Shown here in pieces: positions 47,082-57,274 of a DNA stretch of 57,274 bases. The stretch is taken from the NCBI GenBank assembly GCA_017828935.1, contig JAGAUG010000085.1, positions 1 to 57,274 of the forward strand, given 5' to 3'. How positions within the stretch are numbered: position 1 is the stretch's first letter; each line of letters starts with the position of its first letter. The position numbers and the translations under genes are program-made. Below the pieces are notes generated by a model. That model saw only the letters and a program-made list of their open reading frames with translations. It was not told the DNA's origin and made no database searches. The stretch is from Oscillospiraceae bacterium. GTDB taxonomy: Bacteria; Bacillota; Clostridia; Oscillospirales; Ruminococcaceae.

Positions 47082-49139
47082 ATGAAAAGAATATTATTTT
47101 ATGTTAGTATAACGTTATTTATATCTATTTTTGTAGCGTCATTTTTAAGTTTTAACGTAAATATCTTAACAAGTTTGGTCTTAATGATAACGCTACTGCC
47201 AATTTGTTGGTTGCTTAAAAATAGACTAAATATTAAAGTTTTATTAATTTTATTACTTACAGTTTCTTTTGGTTTATTTTCTTACGCTCTAAAAGATAGC
47301 TTTGAATTTAATAAATTATTAGCTTTAGACGGGAAAGAAGCTACAATAGAGGCTACGGTTGTATCAGCTCCGGCTTTTAGCGAAACTGGAGTTGTTTGTG
47401 ATGTTAGAGTCGATAAGATTTTTGTTGCGGGAGTATATAAAAAATTCAAGGCGAAACTTTATCTAAAAGATGAAGTTTCACTTGAGCCTTATTCTAAGTT
47501 TAAAGCTAAAGTAAAATGTTTTAGTCCATATTTAAACAGTCCGGATAAATTAAAAAGATATTACAAGTCTAAGAGTCAGGCGATAGCTTTTTCTAGCTAC
47601 AGTGATCAAGGATTCAGATGGCTTAAAAACAAGTCTGAGATAGAAATTTTACCCAAAGCTGTCTTAGAAGTTAAGCAATATTTTAAAAAAAATTTAACCA
47701 AGTGTTATAAAAACGATCAGGGTAACTTGATGATCGGATTTTTATTAGGAGACAAAACAGGGATTGATTACTTAACAAAAAGAAGTTTTAGTTTATCTGG
47801 GATCTCTCATCTGTTGGCTGTTTCAGGACTTCATTTGACGATTTTAATACAAACAGTTTATAGTTTTTTAAATTCTATTAAATTTGGAAGAAAAAAATCT
47901 ATTTTGGCTACGATTGCTTTTACATTGTTTTTTATGGCTCTTACGGGCTTTGCGCCCTCGGCGGTTAGAGCTGGAATTATGAATATTATTTGTTTGGTTG
48001 GTCAAATAATTGGTCGAGAATCTGATTCGCTCAGTGCCCTAGGGCTCGCTATTATTATTATTTTAATAAAAGATCCGTTTTCGGCTTTAGATCTAGGGCT
48101 TCAGCTTTCTTTTTTGGCGACTTTGAGTATAATAATATTTAGACCAAAAGTATATAATTTTATTTACAAACCATTAGTTAAAATAAAAAATAATAAAATA
48201 AACAAGATAGATAAATTTATTTGCGATACTTTAGCTGTATCTATTTCGGCGTTAGTTTTGACTTCGCCGGTTACGGTTATTGAGTTTGGGCGACTTTCTT
48301 TAGTTGCTCCGATTACGAATATAATTTTAACGCCAGTTGTTAGTCCAACTTTGATTTTTATTGCGCTGACTGCTATTTTTGGCGGAATAAAATTTTTAGA
48401 TGTTATTTATAAAATTTTTGCGTTGTTTAGTTCGATCGGAGTTGGAATAATTAAACATATAGCTGAAATAATGTCAAGCTTGCCTTTTTCGTCTATATCT
48501 ATTAATCAAAAATATTTATACATATGTTTTATATCTTTTTTAGTATTATTTTTAGTTAATAAATATATATTAAAAAATAAAAATTTAAATAAATATATAT
48601 ATTTATTTAGCTTGATTATTTTTTTAGTTGGAAGGCTATCTAACGATATTATTATGTTTGGCTATATAAACTTTGAAGATATAAGCGAAGACAGTAGTAA
48701 GAATAAAAAAAATTTAGATAATAAAAATTATATTATTTCAGATTCAAAAGTTTCTGTTGCGATTTTGAGAGAGTCTGAGAAATATTTGATTCCTAATATT
48801 GACGACAAGATGAAATTATTAGGACTAAGTCAATTAGATTATGTTATTATAAGTTCAAAAATCGAAATAGACGATATAATAAAAATTATATCAGTTTGTA
48901 AGCCTAAAAAACTTATAGCTGACAAAAATACTATTAGTTTAATTTATAAAAATATTTCGAATACAAATAAAAATTTTAAATTTGTTAACGAAAAAGAACA
49001 TGTATATATATATCAAAAAAATATTTTTAAAAATAATAAAACTTTAGTTTCTGTTTTGAAAAATAATAATATTATAATTAAAAACAATGCTGGTAGAATT
49101 AGTGTAATAAATAAAGAAAATACGTTGGAGGATTATTAA
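47082..49139 (+). CDS. comEC: ComEC/Rec2 family competence channel protein with a degenerate C-terminal domain
   Basis: N-terminal transmembrane and OB (DUF4131) region. Competence domain ([16 protein letters not shown]...) with many transmembrane helices. The C-terminal 165 aa or so lacks any HxHxDH motif. Confidence 0.85.
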   Translation: MKRILFYVSITLFISIFVASFLSFNVNILTSLVLMITLLPICWLLKNRLNIKVLLILLLTVSFGLFSYALKDSFEFNKLLALDGKEATIEATVVSAPAFSETGVVCDVRVDKIFVAGVYKKFKAKLYLKDEVSLEPYSKFKAKVKCFSPYLNSPDKLKRYYKSKSQAIAFSSYSDQGFRWLKNKSEIEILPKAVLEVKQYFKKNLTKCYKNDQGNLMIGFLLGDKTGIDYLTKRSFSLSGISHLLAVSGLHLTILIQTVYSFLNSIKFGRKKSILATIAFTLFFMALTGFAPSAVRAGIMNIICLVGQIIGRESDSLSALGLAIIIILIKDPFSALDLGLQLSFLATLSIIIFRPKVYNFIYKPLVKIKNNKINKIDKFICDTLAVSISALVLTSPVTVIEFGRLSLVAPITNIILTPVVSPTLIFIALTAIFGGIKFLDVIYKIFALFSSIGVGIIKHIAEIMSSLPFSSISINQKYLYICFISFLVLFLVNKYILKNKNLNKYIYLFSLIIFLVGRLSNDIIMFGYINFEDISEDSSKNKKNLDNKNYIISDSKVSVAILRESEKYLIPNIDDKMKLLGLSQLDYVIISSKIEIDDIIKIISVCKPKKLIADKNTISLIYKNISNTNKNFKFVNEKEHVYIYQKNIFKNNKTLVSVLKNNNIIIKNNAGRISVINKENTLEDY

Positions 49140-49140
49140 A

Positions 49141-50199
49141 ATGACGAGTGAAAGAGAAAAAGCGCTTGAGACAGCTATATCGAGGATCGAGCGTCAATTT
49201 GGAAAAGGCGCTATAATGAAATTAGGTCAAACGGCTTTTAACGTCGAAGCGATTTCGACTGGTTCGATAGGTTTAGACGTTGCGCTGGGGATTGGCGGAG
49301 TTCCAAAAGGGCGAATAATTGAAATTTATGGACCTGAGAGTTCAGGTAAGACAACTGTGGCTCTTCATGTTGTTGCTCAAGCTCAGCAAAACGGCGGAGA
49401 AGCGGCGTTTATAGATGTTGAACACGCTTTAGATCCAAAGTACGCAAAGGCTCTTGGGGTTGATATAGATTCGCTTCTTGTATCTCAGCCAGATACAGGC
49501 GAGCAAGCTTTAGAGATCGCTGAGGCGTTGGTTAGATCTGGCGCGATTGATATAATTATTATTGACTCTGTTGCTGCTATGGTTCCTAGACAAGAAATCG
49601 AAGGTGAGATGGGCGACGCCCACGTTGGACTTCAAGCTAGGCTTATGTCTCAGGCTTTAAGAAAACTAACGGGAATTGTTTCTAAAACAAACTGCGTTGT
49701 AATATTTATAAATCAACTAAGAGAAAAAGTCGGAATGGTCTATGGTAACCCGGAAACAACTCCGGGAGGTAGAGCGCTCAAGTTTTATTCGTCTGTTAGA
49801 CTAGAGATAAGACGTGTTGAGAGTCTTAAGAGTGGAACTGACGTTGTAGGTAACAGAACTAGATGTAAAGTCGTAAAAAATAAAGTTGCGCCTCCGTTTA
49901 AAGATACAGAATTTGATATCATGTACGGGCAAGGAATTTCGAGAGAAGGCGAAATTGTCGATATGGGTGTAAAGCTCGGAATTGTTAACAAAAGTGGAGC
50001 TTGGTTTAGTTATAAAGATTTAAGATGGCAAGGTAGAGATAACGTCAAAGAGCAACTTAAAAACGATAAAGACTTGATGAATGAGCTTGATAAATTAATT
50101 AGAGATAAATTACTAAAAAAAGATGATGATCAAGAAAGTATAGAAGACACTGAAGAATCTAAAAATTCTAAAGATTCTAAAAAATCTGAAGATAAATAA
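49141..50199 (+). CDS. recA: Recombinase RecA
   Basis: [13 protein letters not shown], Walker [19 protein letters not shown], plus an acidic tail. The start is 1 nt after the comEC stop. Confidence 0.98.
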   Translation: MTSEREKALETAISRIERQFGKGAIMKLGQTAFNVEAISTGSIGLDVALGIGGVPKGRIIEIYGPESSGKTTVALHVVAQAQQNGGEAAFIDVEHALDPKYAKALGVDIDSLLVSQPDTGEQALEIAEALVRSGAIDIIIIDSVAAMVPRQEIEGEMGDAHVGLQARLMSQALRKLTGIVSKTNCVVIFINQLREKVGMVYGNPETTPGGRALKFYSSVRLEIRRVESLKSGTDVVGNRTRCKVVKNKVAPPFKDTEFDIMYGQGISREGEIVDMGVKLGIVNKSGAWFSYKDLRWQGRDNVKEQLKNDKDLMNELDKLIRDKLLKKDDDQESIEDTEESKNSKDSKKSEDK

Positions 50200-50233
50200 A
50201 AAAATTTAGAAACTAGAAAGAAGATAAAAAACT

Positions 50234-51553
50234 ATGGCGAGTAATAAAATAAGCGTAGGTTTAATTTCGCTCGGGTGTCCTAAAAACCAGGTCGACGCGG
50301 AAAGAATTTTGGCGATATTAAAAAATAAAAATTTTGAGATATCGACAAGTTATGATTATTGTGATATAATAATTATAAATACTTGCGCTTTTATTGAATC
50401 GGCTAAACAAGAGTCGATTAACGAAATTTTGAGTGTTTGTGATTTAAAAAATATAAATAAAAAATTAAAACTAATTGTTGTGACTGGATGTTTGGCTCAA
50501 AGATATAAAGAAGAACTTAAATTATTAATTCCTGAAGTTGATATAGTCGTAGGTTTAGGAGCCAACAAAGATATTGCAAATTTAATTTTAAAAGGACTTG
50601 AGGGCGATAAAAGACTATCTTTTCCGCCGGAAGACGAAATGATGATTTGCGGAGAGCGGGTTTTGACAACTCCGTCTCACTTTGCTTATTTAAAAATAGC
50701 TGACGGATGTAACAACAGGTGTACTTATTGTGCGATTCCGATGATTAGAGGTAATTATAGGAGCGTCCCGATGGAGCTCTTAATAAAAGAAGCTCAAGAA
50801 CTAGCTGGACGCGGCGTAAAAGAGCTTAATATAGTTGCTCAAGATGTTACTTACTATGGGTTTGATTTATATAAAAAATTAGCGTTGCCGGAGCTTTTAA
50901 AAAAACTTTCTGAAATATCAGGAATAGAATGGATAAGATTACTTTATTGCTATCCTGATAAGATTACAGACGAACTGATAGAAGAAATAGCAAGTAATAA
51001 TAAAATCGTAAAATATATAGATATCCCGTTTCAACACGTTAATAACGAGATGTTAAAAAAAATGAGAAGAAAAGGCGATAAAAAAGTAATTTTAGACGTA
51101 ATTTCGAAATTAAGAAAAAAAATACCGGATATTGTTATTAGATCTACTTTTATAGTTGGGTTTCCTGGAGAAACTCAAGAACAGTTTGAAGAGTTACTCG
51201 AGTTTGTTAAAGATATTAAACTTAATAGATTAGGTTGTTTTAAATATTCTCAAGAAGAAAATACACCAGCAGCTAGCTTCGAAAATCAAATTAGTCAAGA
51301 AATAAAAGACAAGAGATATGAAGCAATTTTAGAAGCTCAAGATCAGGTTGTCTTTGAGCTTCACGAGAAACAGAAAAATAAAAAATATAAAGTTTTAGTT
51401 GAAGGCTACGACGAAAAATCAAATATATACTATGGTCGGACTTATATGGATGCTCCGGAAATAGATGAGTATGTTGAATTTGATCTAGGTGAAGATTATG
51501 ATTATGATCAAGAATTGCCGAAGCCTGGGGACTTTTTAGATATTGTATTATAA
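50234..51553 (+). CDS. rimO: Ribosomal protein S12 methylthiotransferase RimO
   Basis: UPF0004 N-terminal domain (ISLGCPKNQVDAE), radical-SAM CNNRCTYC motif, and a C-terminal TRAM domain. Confidence 0.9.
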   Translation: MASNKISVGLISLGCPKNQVDAERILAILKNKNFEISTSYDYCDIIIINTCAFIESAKQESINEILSVCDLKNINKKLKLIVVTGCLAQRYKEELKLLIPEVDIVVGLGANKDIANLILKGLEGDKRLSFPPEDEMMICGERVLTTPSHFAYLKIADGCNNRCTYCAIPMIRGNYRSVPMELLIKEAQELAGRGVKELNIVAQDVTYYGFDLYKKLALPELLKKLSEISGIEWIRLLYCYPDKITDELIEEIASNNKIVKYIDIPFQHVNNEMLKKMRRKGDKKVILDVISKLRKKIPDIVIRSTFIVGFPGETQEQFEELLEFVKDIKLNRLGCFKYSQEENTPAASFENQISQEIKDKRYEAILEAQDQVVFELHEKQKNKKYKVLVEGYDEKSNIYYGRTYMDAPEIDEYVEFDLGEDYDYDQELPKPGDFLDIVL

Positions 51554-51577
51554 TATAAAAAATGAGGAGATTTTATT

Positions 51578-52141
51578 TTGAATATACCTAATAAAATTAC
51601 TTTATTTAGAATTATATTAGTTCCGTTTTTTATATTTTTTGCGGCGTTTGATTTTGTTAAAAACTCGGGAATTTGGGGTCTAGTTGTTTTTGCAATTGCT
51701 AGTCTTTCAGATTGTCTCGACGGGTATCTAGCTCGCAAGAATAATACTATTACGGATTTTGGAAAGCTAATGGATCCGTTAGCCGATAAAATTTTAGTTG
51801 TTTCGGCGCTAATAATTCTTTCAACACAAGGATTTATAAATAATATTTTAGTTATTATTATAATCTCAAGAGATTTTATAATAGACTCGATAAGGCTTCT
51901 TGCGTCCAATCAAGGTAAAGTTATTGCTGCTGATATTTGGGGGAAGCTCAAGACAGTTTTTCAAATGATAGCGATCATAGTTTTTTTAGTATACAAAGCT
52001 TTTAAAAATATTTTATTAGAATATATTTTAAGTTATATAAAATGTTTTGGCAGTTTTTTGATTTATATTGCGACTATTCTTACGATTTTTTCAGCTGTTA
52101 ATTATATTATAAAAAATTATGAATATTTTAAGATAAAATAA
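51578..52141 (+). CDS. pgsA: CDP-diacylglycerol--glycerol-3-phosphate 3-phosphatidyltransferase
   Basis: TTG start. CDP-alcohol phosphatidyltransferase motif DCLDGYLAR...G..MDPLADK. Confidence 0.9.
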   Translation: MNIPNKITLFRIILVPFFIFFAAFDFVKNSGIWGLVVFAIASLSDCLDGYLARKNNTITDFGKLMDPLADKILVVSALIILSTQGFINNILVIIIISRDFIIDSIRLLASNQGKVIAADIWGKLKTVFQMIAIIVFLVYKAFKNILLEYILSYIKCFGSFLIYIATILTIFSAVNYIIKNYEYFKIK

Positions 52142-52159
52142 TTTTAAAGAAGGGTTATT

Positions 52160-52642
52160 ATGAGCGGCGTTTTAAGAATAGCGGGCCTAATTGAAGAATC
52201 GATTGTTGATGGTCCTGGTGTAAGATTTGTTGTTTTTACCCAAGGGTGCCCACACGGTTGTCCGGATTGCCACAACCCCGATACACACGACTTTTTAGGA
52301 GGCTATGAGATCAAAATAGACGAAATAGTTGAAAAAATAAAAAAAAATAAATTAGTCGATGGAGTAACGATTTCTGGAGGAGAGCCTTTTTGTCAGGTAG
52401 AGTCGGTTTTAGAGCTTGTTAAAAAACTTAAAAATTTAGGATATAAAATAGTATATTATAGCGGATTTACGATCGAGCAACTGATTCAAAAATCAAAAAA
52501 AGATAAATACACAAGAGAGCTATTAAAATTAATTGATATATTAATAGACGGAAGATTTGAAAAAGATAAACAAGATTATACTCTAAAATTTAGAGGAAGC
52601 AGCAATCAAAGAATAATAGAGATGAAAGATATAATATTATAA
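52160..52642 (+). CDS. nrdG: Anaerobic ribonucleoside-triphosphate reductase activating protein
   Basis: ESIVDGPGVRFVVFTQGCPHGCPDCHNP and GVTISGGEP radical-SAM activase motifs. No nrdD gene is adjacent in this window. Confidence 0.88.
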   Translation: MSGVLRIAGLIEESIVDGPGVRFVVFTQGCPHGCPDCHNPDTHDFLGGYEIKIDEIVEKIKKNKLVDGVTISGGEPFCQVESVLELVKKLKNLGYKIVYYSGFTIEQLIQKSKKDKYTRELLKLIDILIDGRFEKDKQDYTLKFRGSSNQRIIEMKDIIL

Positions 52643-52725
52643 TTTTTTGTTTTTAAAAATATAAAAATGTTTATTGTTTTTCTCGAGCTCTTAAAAAATT
52701 TATAAATAAAGAGGAGAAGTATTTA

Positions 52726-54180
52726 GTGGCAGATAAAATAAATAATAAAAAAAACAAAAAACTTGTTACAGCGATAACATCGATGGAAGAGGATTTTTCT
52801 CAGTGGTATACTGATATTGTTAAACAAGCGGAGTTAATAGATTATTCGAGCGTAAAAGGCTGTATGATTTTGCGCCCCTACGGGTACGCTATTTGGGAAA
52901 ATATTCAAAGTCAACTTGATAAGCTTTTTAAACAAACAGGCCATGAAAACGTTTATATGCCAATGTTTATTCCTGAGAGCTTGCTCCAAAAAGAAAAAGA
53001 TCACGTTGAGGGGTTTGCACCGGAAGTTGCTTGGGTGACATACGGAGGCGAAGAGAAACTTTCTGAGAGACTTTGTGTTAGACCTACTTCTGAGACGCTA
53101 TTTTGTGAACATTTTAGACACGTTGTCGAGTCTTATAGAGATCTACCGAAGCTATATAATCAATGGTGTAGCGTCGTAAGATGGGAAAAGACGACCAGAC
53201 CGTTCTTGCGTTCGACTGAATTTTTGTGGCAAGAAGGTCATACTATTCACGAAACAGAGAAGGAAGCACTGGACGAAACCAAGAAGATGCTCGAAATATA
53301 TGCTGATTTTTATGAGAAATATTTATTAATTCCTGTTATTAAGGGTCAAAAGACAGATAAAGAAAAGTTCGCAGGCGCTAAAGCGACTTTTACAGTCGAA
53401 GCGATGATGCACGACGGAAAAGCACTTCAAGGTGGAACAAGTCATTATTTTGGTGACGGTTTTTCAAGGGCGTTTGACGTTAAATTTACAGACAGAAATA
53501 ATAAATTAGCTTATCCTTATCAAACTTCTTGGGGAGTTTCAACGAGAATAATAGGTGCTATAATAATGACTCACGGAGATAACGAAGGTCTAGTATTACC
53601 GCCATCGATTGCGCCGATTCAATTAGTTATAGTTCCGGTTGCTCAACACAAAGAAGGTGTTTTAGATAAAGCTAGAGAGCTCAAATTTAGGCTTTCTCAA
53701 AAATATAGAGTTAAACTAGATGAAAGTGATAGCTCTGCTGGGTGGAAGTTTGCTGAGTACGAGATGAAAGGGGTTCCGCTAAGACTTGAAATTGGGCCTA
53801 AAGATATTTTAAACAACCAGTGTGTAATCGTCAGAAGAGATAACAGACAAAAATATTTTGTTAATTTAGATGAGCTTGAAAAACAAATAAATCAAATACT
53901 AGAAGAATACAGTAAGGCTATTTGGCAAAAGGCTTTGGATAACTTAAAAAACAAGACTTTTGTGGCTAAAGATCTAAAACAAATTGAAAAGCTTAATAGC
54001 GAAAATACTGGTTTTATAAAAGCTATGTGGTGTGGTGAAGAAAAGTGTGAGCAAGAGCTCAAAGATAAATTTGGAATCACATCTCGGTGTGAGCCGTTTG
54101 ATCAAGAAATATTTACAGACAAATGTGTTTGTTGTGGTAAGCCAGCTAATAGAGTGCTTATTTTTGGTAAGGCATATTAA
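52726..54180 (+). CDS. proS: Proline--tRNA ligase (archaeal/eukaryote-like short form)
   Basis: GTG start. Class II motifs (FSQWYTD..., [14 protein letters not shown]), an anticodon-binding domain, and a C-terminal zinc domain (CGEEKCE...CVCCG). Confidence 0.93.
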   Translation: MADKINNKKNKKLVTAITSMEEDFSQWYTDIVKQAELIDYSSVKGCMILRPYGYAIWENIQSQLDKLFKQTGHENVYMPMFIPESLLQKEKDHVEGFAPEVAWVTYGGEEKLSERLCVRPTSETLFCEHFRHVVESYRDLPKLYNQWCSVVRWEKTTRPFLRSTEFLWQEGHTIHETEKEALDETKKMLEIYADFYEKYLLIPVIKGQKTDKEKFAGAKATFTVEAMMHDGKALQGGTSHYFGDGFSRAFDVKFTDRNNKLAYPYQTSWGVSTRIIGAIIMTHGDNEGLVLPPSIAPIQLVIVPVAQHKEGVLDKARELKFRLSQKYRVKLDESDSSAGWKFAEYEMKGVPLRLEIGPKDILNNQCVIVRRDNRQKYFVNLDELEKQINQILEEYSKAIWQKALDNLKNKTFVAKDLKQIEKLNSENTGFIKAMWCGEEKCEQELKDKFGITSRCEPFDQEIFTDKCVCCGKPANRVLIFGKAY

Positions 54181-54186
54181 TATTTT

Positions 54187-55542
54187 ATGACAACGCCTAT
54201 TTATAAAGCTTTATTAGATTATATTAATAAAGATATATCGAGACTTCATATGCCTGGTCACAAGGGTAAGAATGTTTATAATATTAATAATTTATGGCAA
54301 TACGACATAACAGAGATAGAAAACCTAGATAATCTATTAGATAGTCAGGGAGTTATAAAACAAACAGAAGATATATATAAAAAAATTTATAATTCAAAAT
54401 TATCTGTAATAACAACCCAAGGATCTACTTTGGGGATACAAATGATGTTGACAGCGTCGATAATGGCGACAAAAAACAAGTCTAAAAAAATAATAATAGA
54501 CAGAAACGTTCATATTTCGGCGATCAACACGATGGCGCTTTTAGATCTTGAGCCGATTTGGATTTTTAGAAATAAGTTTATAGATAGATTTTCTCCGGGG
54601 CAAATTCTATTAGAAGATCTCGAGAGAGTTATAATAAATAATCCAGAAGCTCAAATAGTCTATATTACGTCGCCAAATTATTTTGGTCAGGTAGAAGATC
54701 TTAAGTCTATATCTAAGATCTGTAAAAAATATAATAAATTTTTATTAGTCGACAACGCTCATGGAGCTCATTTTAAATTTATTTCAAAAAATCTTCATCC
54801 GATGGAATTTGAGTGTAGTGCTTGTTGCGATTCGCTTCACAAGACGTTACCTGTTTTGACTGGAGGGGCGTTGTTACACGTTTTTGACGAGAGACTAATT
54901 AAATATATAAAAAAATCTCAAAGAATATATTCGTCGACGAGTCCTAGTTATTTAACGATGCTTTCGATAGATAGGTTGGTAAGCTATATATTTAAAAATC
55001 TAAAAAAAGATTATGATTTATTATTTGTTGAGTTAGAAAAGTTAAAAGATTTGGCCAAGATTAACGGTCTTGATATTTTAGAAAGCTGTAAAGATCCAAC
55101 TAAGTTTGTATTTGGGTCGGGTATTTTTAACTGTAGTGCAAACGAGCTAGCCGAGATATTGAGAAAAAATAAAATTGAGCCTGAATATGTAAGTGAATAT
55201 TGGATAGTTTTGATGTTTAGTCCTCAAAATAATAATAAAGACTTCGAGAGATTAAAAGAGTTTATAAATAATATAAATAATATTTTTGAAAAAATAAAAT
55301 TAAAAAATAATTTTGAATTTTTTAAAAATTTTAAACCCCAAAGAAGATTATCTATTAGAGAAGCTCTTATGAGCGATTTTAAAACAGTGTCGCTATTAAA
55401 AAGTTTAGGTAAAGTTTCGGCGAGTAGTGTTGTTACGTGTCCGCCGTGTGTTCCGGTAGTTACACCAGGAGAGATTATTAATCAAGAAGTAATAGATTTA
55501 TTATCAAAACAAAAAGTATGTTTTATAGATATAGTGTGTTAA
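54187..55542 (+). CDS. PLP-dependent Orn/Lys/Arg decarboxylase-family protein
   Basis: HMPGHKG N-terminal motif and the PLP-lysine motif DSLHKTLP of the OKR_DC_1 fold. Confidence 0.8.
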   Translation: MTTPIYKALLDYINKDISRLHMPGHKGKNVYNINNLWQYDITEIENLDNLLDSQGVIKQTEDIYKKIYNSKLSVITTQGSTLGIQMMLTASIMATKNKSKKIIIDRNVHISAINTMALLDLEPIWIFRNKFIDRFSPGQILLEDLERVIINNPEAQIVYITSPNYFGQVEDLKSISKICKKYNKFLLVDNAHGAHFKFISKNLHPMEFECSACCDSLHKTLPVLTGGALLHVFDERLIKYIKKSQRIYSSTSPSYLTMLSIDRLVSYIFKNLKKDYDLLFVELEKLKDLAKINGLDILESCKDPTKFVFGSGIFNCSANELAEILRKNKIEPEYVSEYWIVLMFSPQNNNKDFERLKEFINNINNIFEKIKLKNNFEFFKNFKPQRRLSIREALMSDFKTVSLLKSLGKVSASSVVTCPPCVPVVTPGEIINQEVIDLLSKQKVCFIDIVC

Positions 55543-55569
55543 AAAATATTTGATTTGGATGTGATATTT

Positions 55570-57267
55570 ATGAGTTTTGATCCAGATAAAAAAATAATCC
55601 CGATTGGGGTCAGCGATTTTAAAGAACTTTTTGATTATAATTATTATTATATAGACAAGACGATCTTAATAAAAAATATATTAGATACAAGAAGTAAAGT
55701 CTGTTTAATAACTCGGCCCAGAAGATTCGGAAAGACTCTAAATATATCAATGCTTAAATATTTTTTTGAAAATACTGAAAATCAAAATCAAGATAATAGC
55801 TATTTATTTAAAGATCTTAATATTTGGAAATTAGGCGAAAGATATACAAAACATCAGGGAAAATATCCGGTTATTAATTTAAACTTCAAAGGCGCCAAGA
55901 TGAATACTTGGGAACAAACTTATATAGAGCTTATTACTTCTATTTCTGAAGAATATCAACGCCACGAATATTTATTAGATTTTATAAAAGACCCAAGAGA
56001 TAAAGTTTTATTTTCAAGAATAAAAGATTGCGAGGCTACATTTTCTGATTTTATAAGATCAATAAAAAATCTTTGTATTTATCTAGAAAAATATTGGAGT
56101 CAAAAGCCTATAATTTTAATAGACGAATATGACGTTCCGATACAAAATTCTTATTTATGCGGGTTTTATAGCGAGGCAATAAATTTTATTAGAGCCTTGT
56201 TTCAAGACGCTCTTAAAGACAATAATTATTTAGAGTTCGCGATAATAACTGGTTGTCTTAGAATCTCAAAAGAAAGTATTTTTACAGGACTAAATAATCT
56301 AAATATATATTCGATTTTAGATATTAGATACTCAGAACATTTTGGGTTTACGCAAGAAGAAGTAGATAATATATTAAGTTATTATAATCTAGAAGACAAA
56401 AAACAAATAATAAAAGACTGGTATAACGGATATAGATTTGGGAAGAAAAATATTTATAACCCCTGGAGTATTTTAAAATATATAGATCAACTACAAGACG
56501 ATAGAAATAGAGATCCAGAAGCTTATTGGGCAAACACAAGCGGAAACGATATTATAAAAAAATTAATAAAAACAGCTGATAATAATATTAAAAATCAAAT
56601 CGAAATTTTAATTAATTCCGGTTATATTATAAAAGCTCTTAATTCTAACATAACTTATGATGAGCTAGACGAAAATATAGATAATATTTGGAGTATGTTG
56701 TTTTTTACTGGGTACTTAACTTTTACAAAAGAAACTCGAGAAGAAGACGACGAGATAAGTTATTTTGAATTGAAAATTCCGAACAGAGAACTTATGTATG
56801 TTTATAAAATAATAATAAAAAATTGGCTTGACGAAAAAATAAAATCTAAAGATTTTAGTGATTTATATAATAGCTTAATTAACGGCGACGAAGAAAATTT
56901 ATCGGACGAGATAAGCGATTTATTACTAGAAAACATAAGTTATTATGATTCTAACGAAAGTTTTTATCACGGGATCTTAACAGGAATATTGAGTCGAATT
57001 GATAAATACAGAATATATTCTAATCTAGAGACCGGACTTGGTCGAAGCGATATAATTTTAGAGCCAACAAAACTAAAACAGCCGGGAATTATAATAGAAA
57101 TAAAAACAACGAAAGATATACAAGAATTAGAAAATAAAAGCCAAGAAGCGTTAGAACAGATCGAATCAAAAAAATATGAAATATATTTAAATAAACTAGG
57201 CTTTGATAAAATAATAAAATACGGGATAGCTTTTTGTGGTAAGAGATGTTTAGTAAAAAAGGCTTGA
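55570..57267 (+). CDS. AAA-ATPase-like (PF09820-type) protein with a C-terminal PD-(D/E)XK nuclease-like domain
   Basis: The N-terminus IPIGVSDFKELFDYNYYYIDKTILIKNILD...ITRPRRFGKTL is the predicted AAA-ATPase signature. The C-terminal GRSDIILEP...GIIIEIK fits a D...ExK nuclease motif. I prefer the ATG at 55570 to the track's TTG at 55555. Confidence 0.75.
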   Translation: MSFDPDKKIIPIGVSDFKELFDYNYYYIDKTILIKNILDTRSKVCLITRPRRFGKTLNISMLKYFFENTENQNQDNSYLFKDLNIWKLGERYTKHQGKYPVINLNFKGAKMNTWEQTYIELITSISEEYQRHEYLLDFIKDPRDKVLFSRIKDCEATFSDFIRSIKNLCIYLEKYWSQKPIILIDEYDVPIQNSYLCGFYSEAINFIRALFQDALKDNNYLEFAIITGCLRISKESIFTGLNNLNIYSILDIRYSEHFGFTQEEVDNILSYYNLEDKKQIIKDWYNGYRFGKKNIYNPWSILKYIDQLQDDRNRDPEAYWANTSGNDIIKKLIKTADNNIKNQIEILINSGYIIKALNSNITYDELDENIDNIWSMLFFTGYLTFTKETREEDDEISYFELKIPNRELMYVYKIIIKNWLDEKIKSKDFSDLYNSLINGDEENLSDEISDLLLENISYYDSNESFYHGILTGILSRIDKYRIYSNLETGLGRSDIILEPTKLKQPGIIIEIKTTKDIQELENKSQEALEQIESKKYEIYLNKLGFDKIIKYGIAFCGKRCLVKKA

Positions 57268-57274
57268 TTTTTAG

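Noticed and set aside
51508-51909. A 133-aa minus-strand ORF.
   Set aside because: It is entirely antisense to the rimO 3' end and to pgsA, both of which carry strong family motifs. It has no Shine-Dalgarno and an unremarkable composition.
52160-52642. nrdG without an adjacent nrdD, considered as an orphan-activase anomaly.
   Set aside because: nrdD can be encoded elsewhere in the genome. Nothing in the sequence suggests a different function for this activase.
52643-52725. A T-box or other leader upstream of proS.
   Set aside because: Only about 83 nt of AT-rich spacer is available, with no specifier-loop or terminator-antiterminator architecture. That is too short for a T-box.

Overview
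This is a 57.3-kb stretch of a very AT-rich chromosome (roughly 30% GC by eye, not computed). Gene order points to a Bacillota/Clostridia-like organism. The standard bacterial code applies: TGA acts as a stop (lspA at 23661-23663, last gene at 57265-57267) and no long ORF needs recoding. About 50 protein genes are present, almost all on the + strand, and most are housekeeping operons in classical Firmicute order. In order they are: rpoZ-priA-def-fmt, hprK, rsmE, pyruvate:ferredoxin oxidoreductase, rimP-nusA-ylxR-ylxQ-infB-rbfA, a pspA-orf109-lemA-M48 protease operon, yaaT, tgt, lspA-rluD, PBP2, and infC-rpmI-rplT behind an L20-type leader. These are followed by a TrmH-family methyltransferase, dprA-topA-trmFO, plsX, rnc, a cytidine-deaminase-family gene, recN, an S41 protease, fba, a CNNM/HlyC transporter, comEC-recA, rimO, pgsA, nrdG, proS, a PLP decarboxylase and an AAA-ATPase-like/PD-(D/E)XK protein. 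I found no rRNA, tRNA, CRISPR array, prophage or recognisable defence, toxin-antitoxin or restriction system.

The non-core content is limited:
- The 3' end of an ISL3-like insertion sequence lies at the left edge. A roughly 100-bp inverted remnant of a related element lies at 39.9 kb and shares a 41-nt terminal repeat (40/41 identical).
- A BspA-type leucine-rich-repeat surface protein gene is split by a frameshift in an A8 run.
- A small accessory islet spans 39.9-44.5 kb. It holds a GLUG-repeat surface protein with a G9 tract in its 5' coding region, a lone DAHP synthase, a CxxC zinc-ribbon gene with a long leader, and a secreted C39-like cysteine peptidase. The peptidase's real N-terminus has no canonical start codon.

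My best candidates for something unusual are the homopolymer-linked (possibly phase-variable) surface-protein loci, the IS-end pair bracketing 39.7 kb of core genes, and the pspA-orf109-lemA-M48 module. I did not find a clearly novel multi-gene system. Three ORF anomalies (two at poly-A runs and one at a start codon) could also be assembly errors, and I cannot rule that out from sequence alone.
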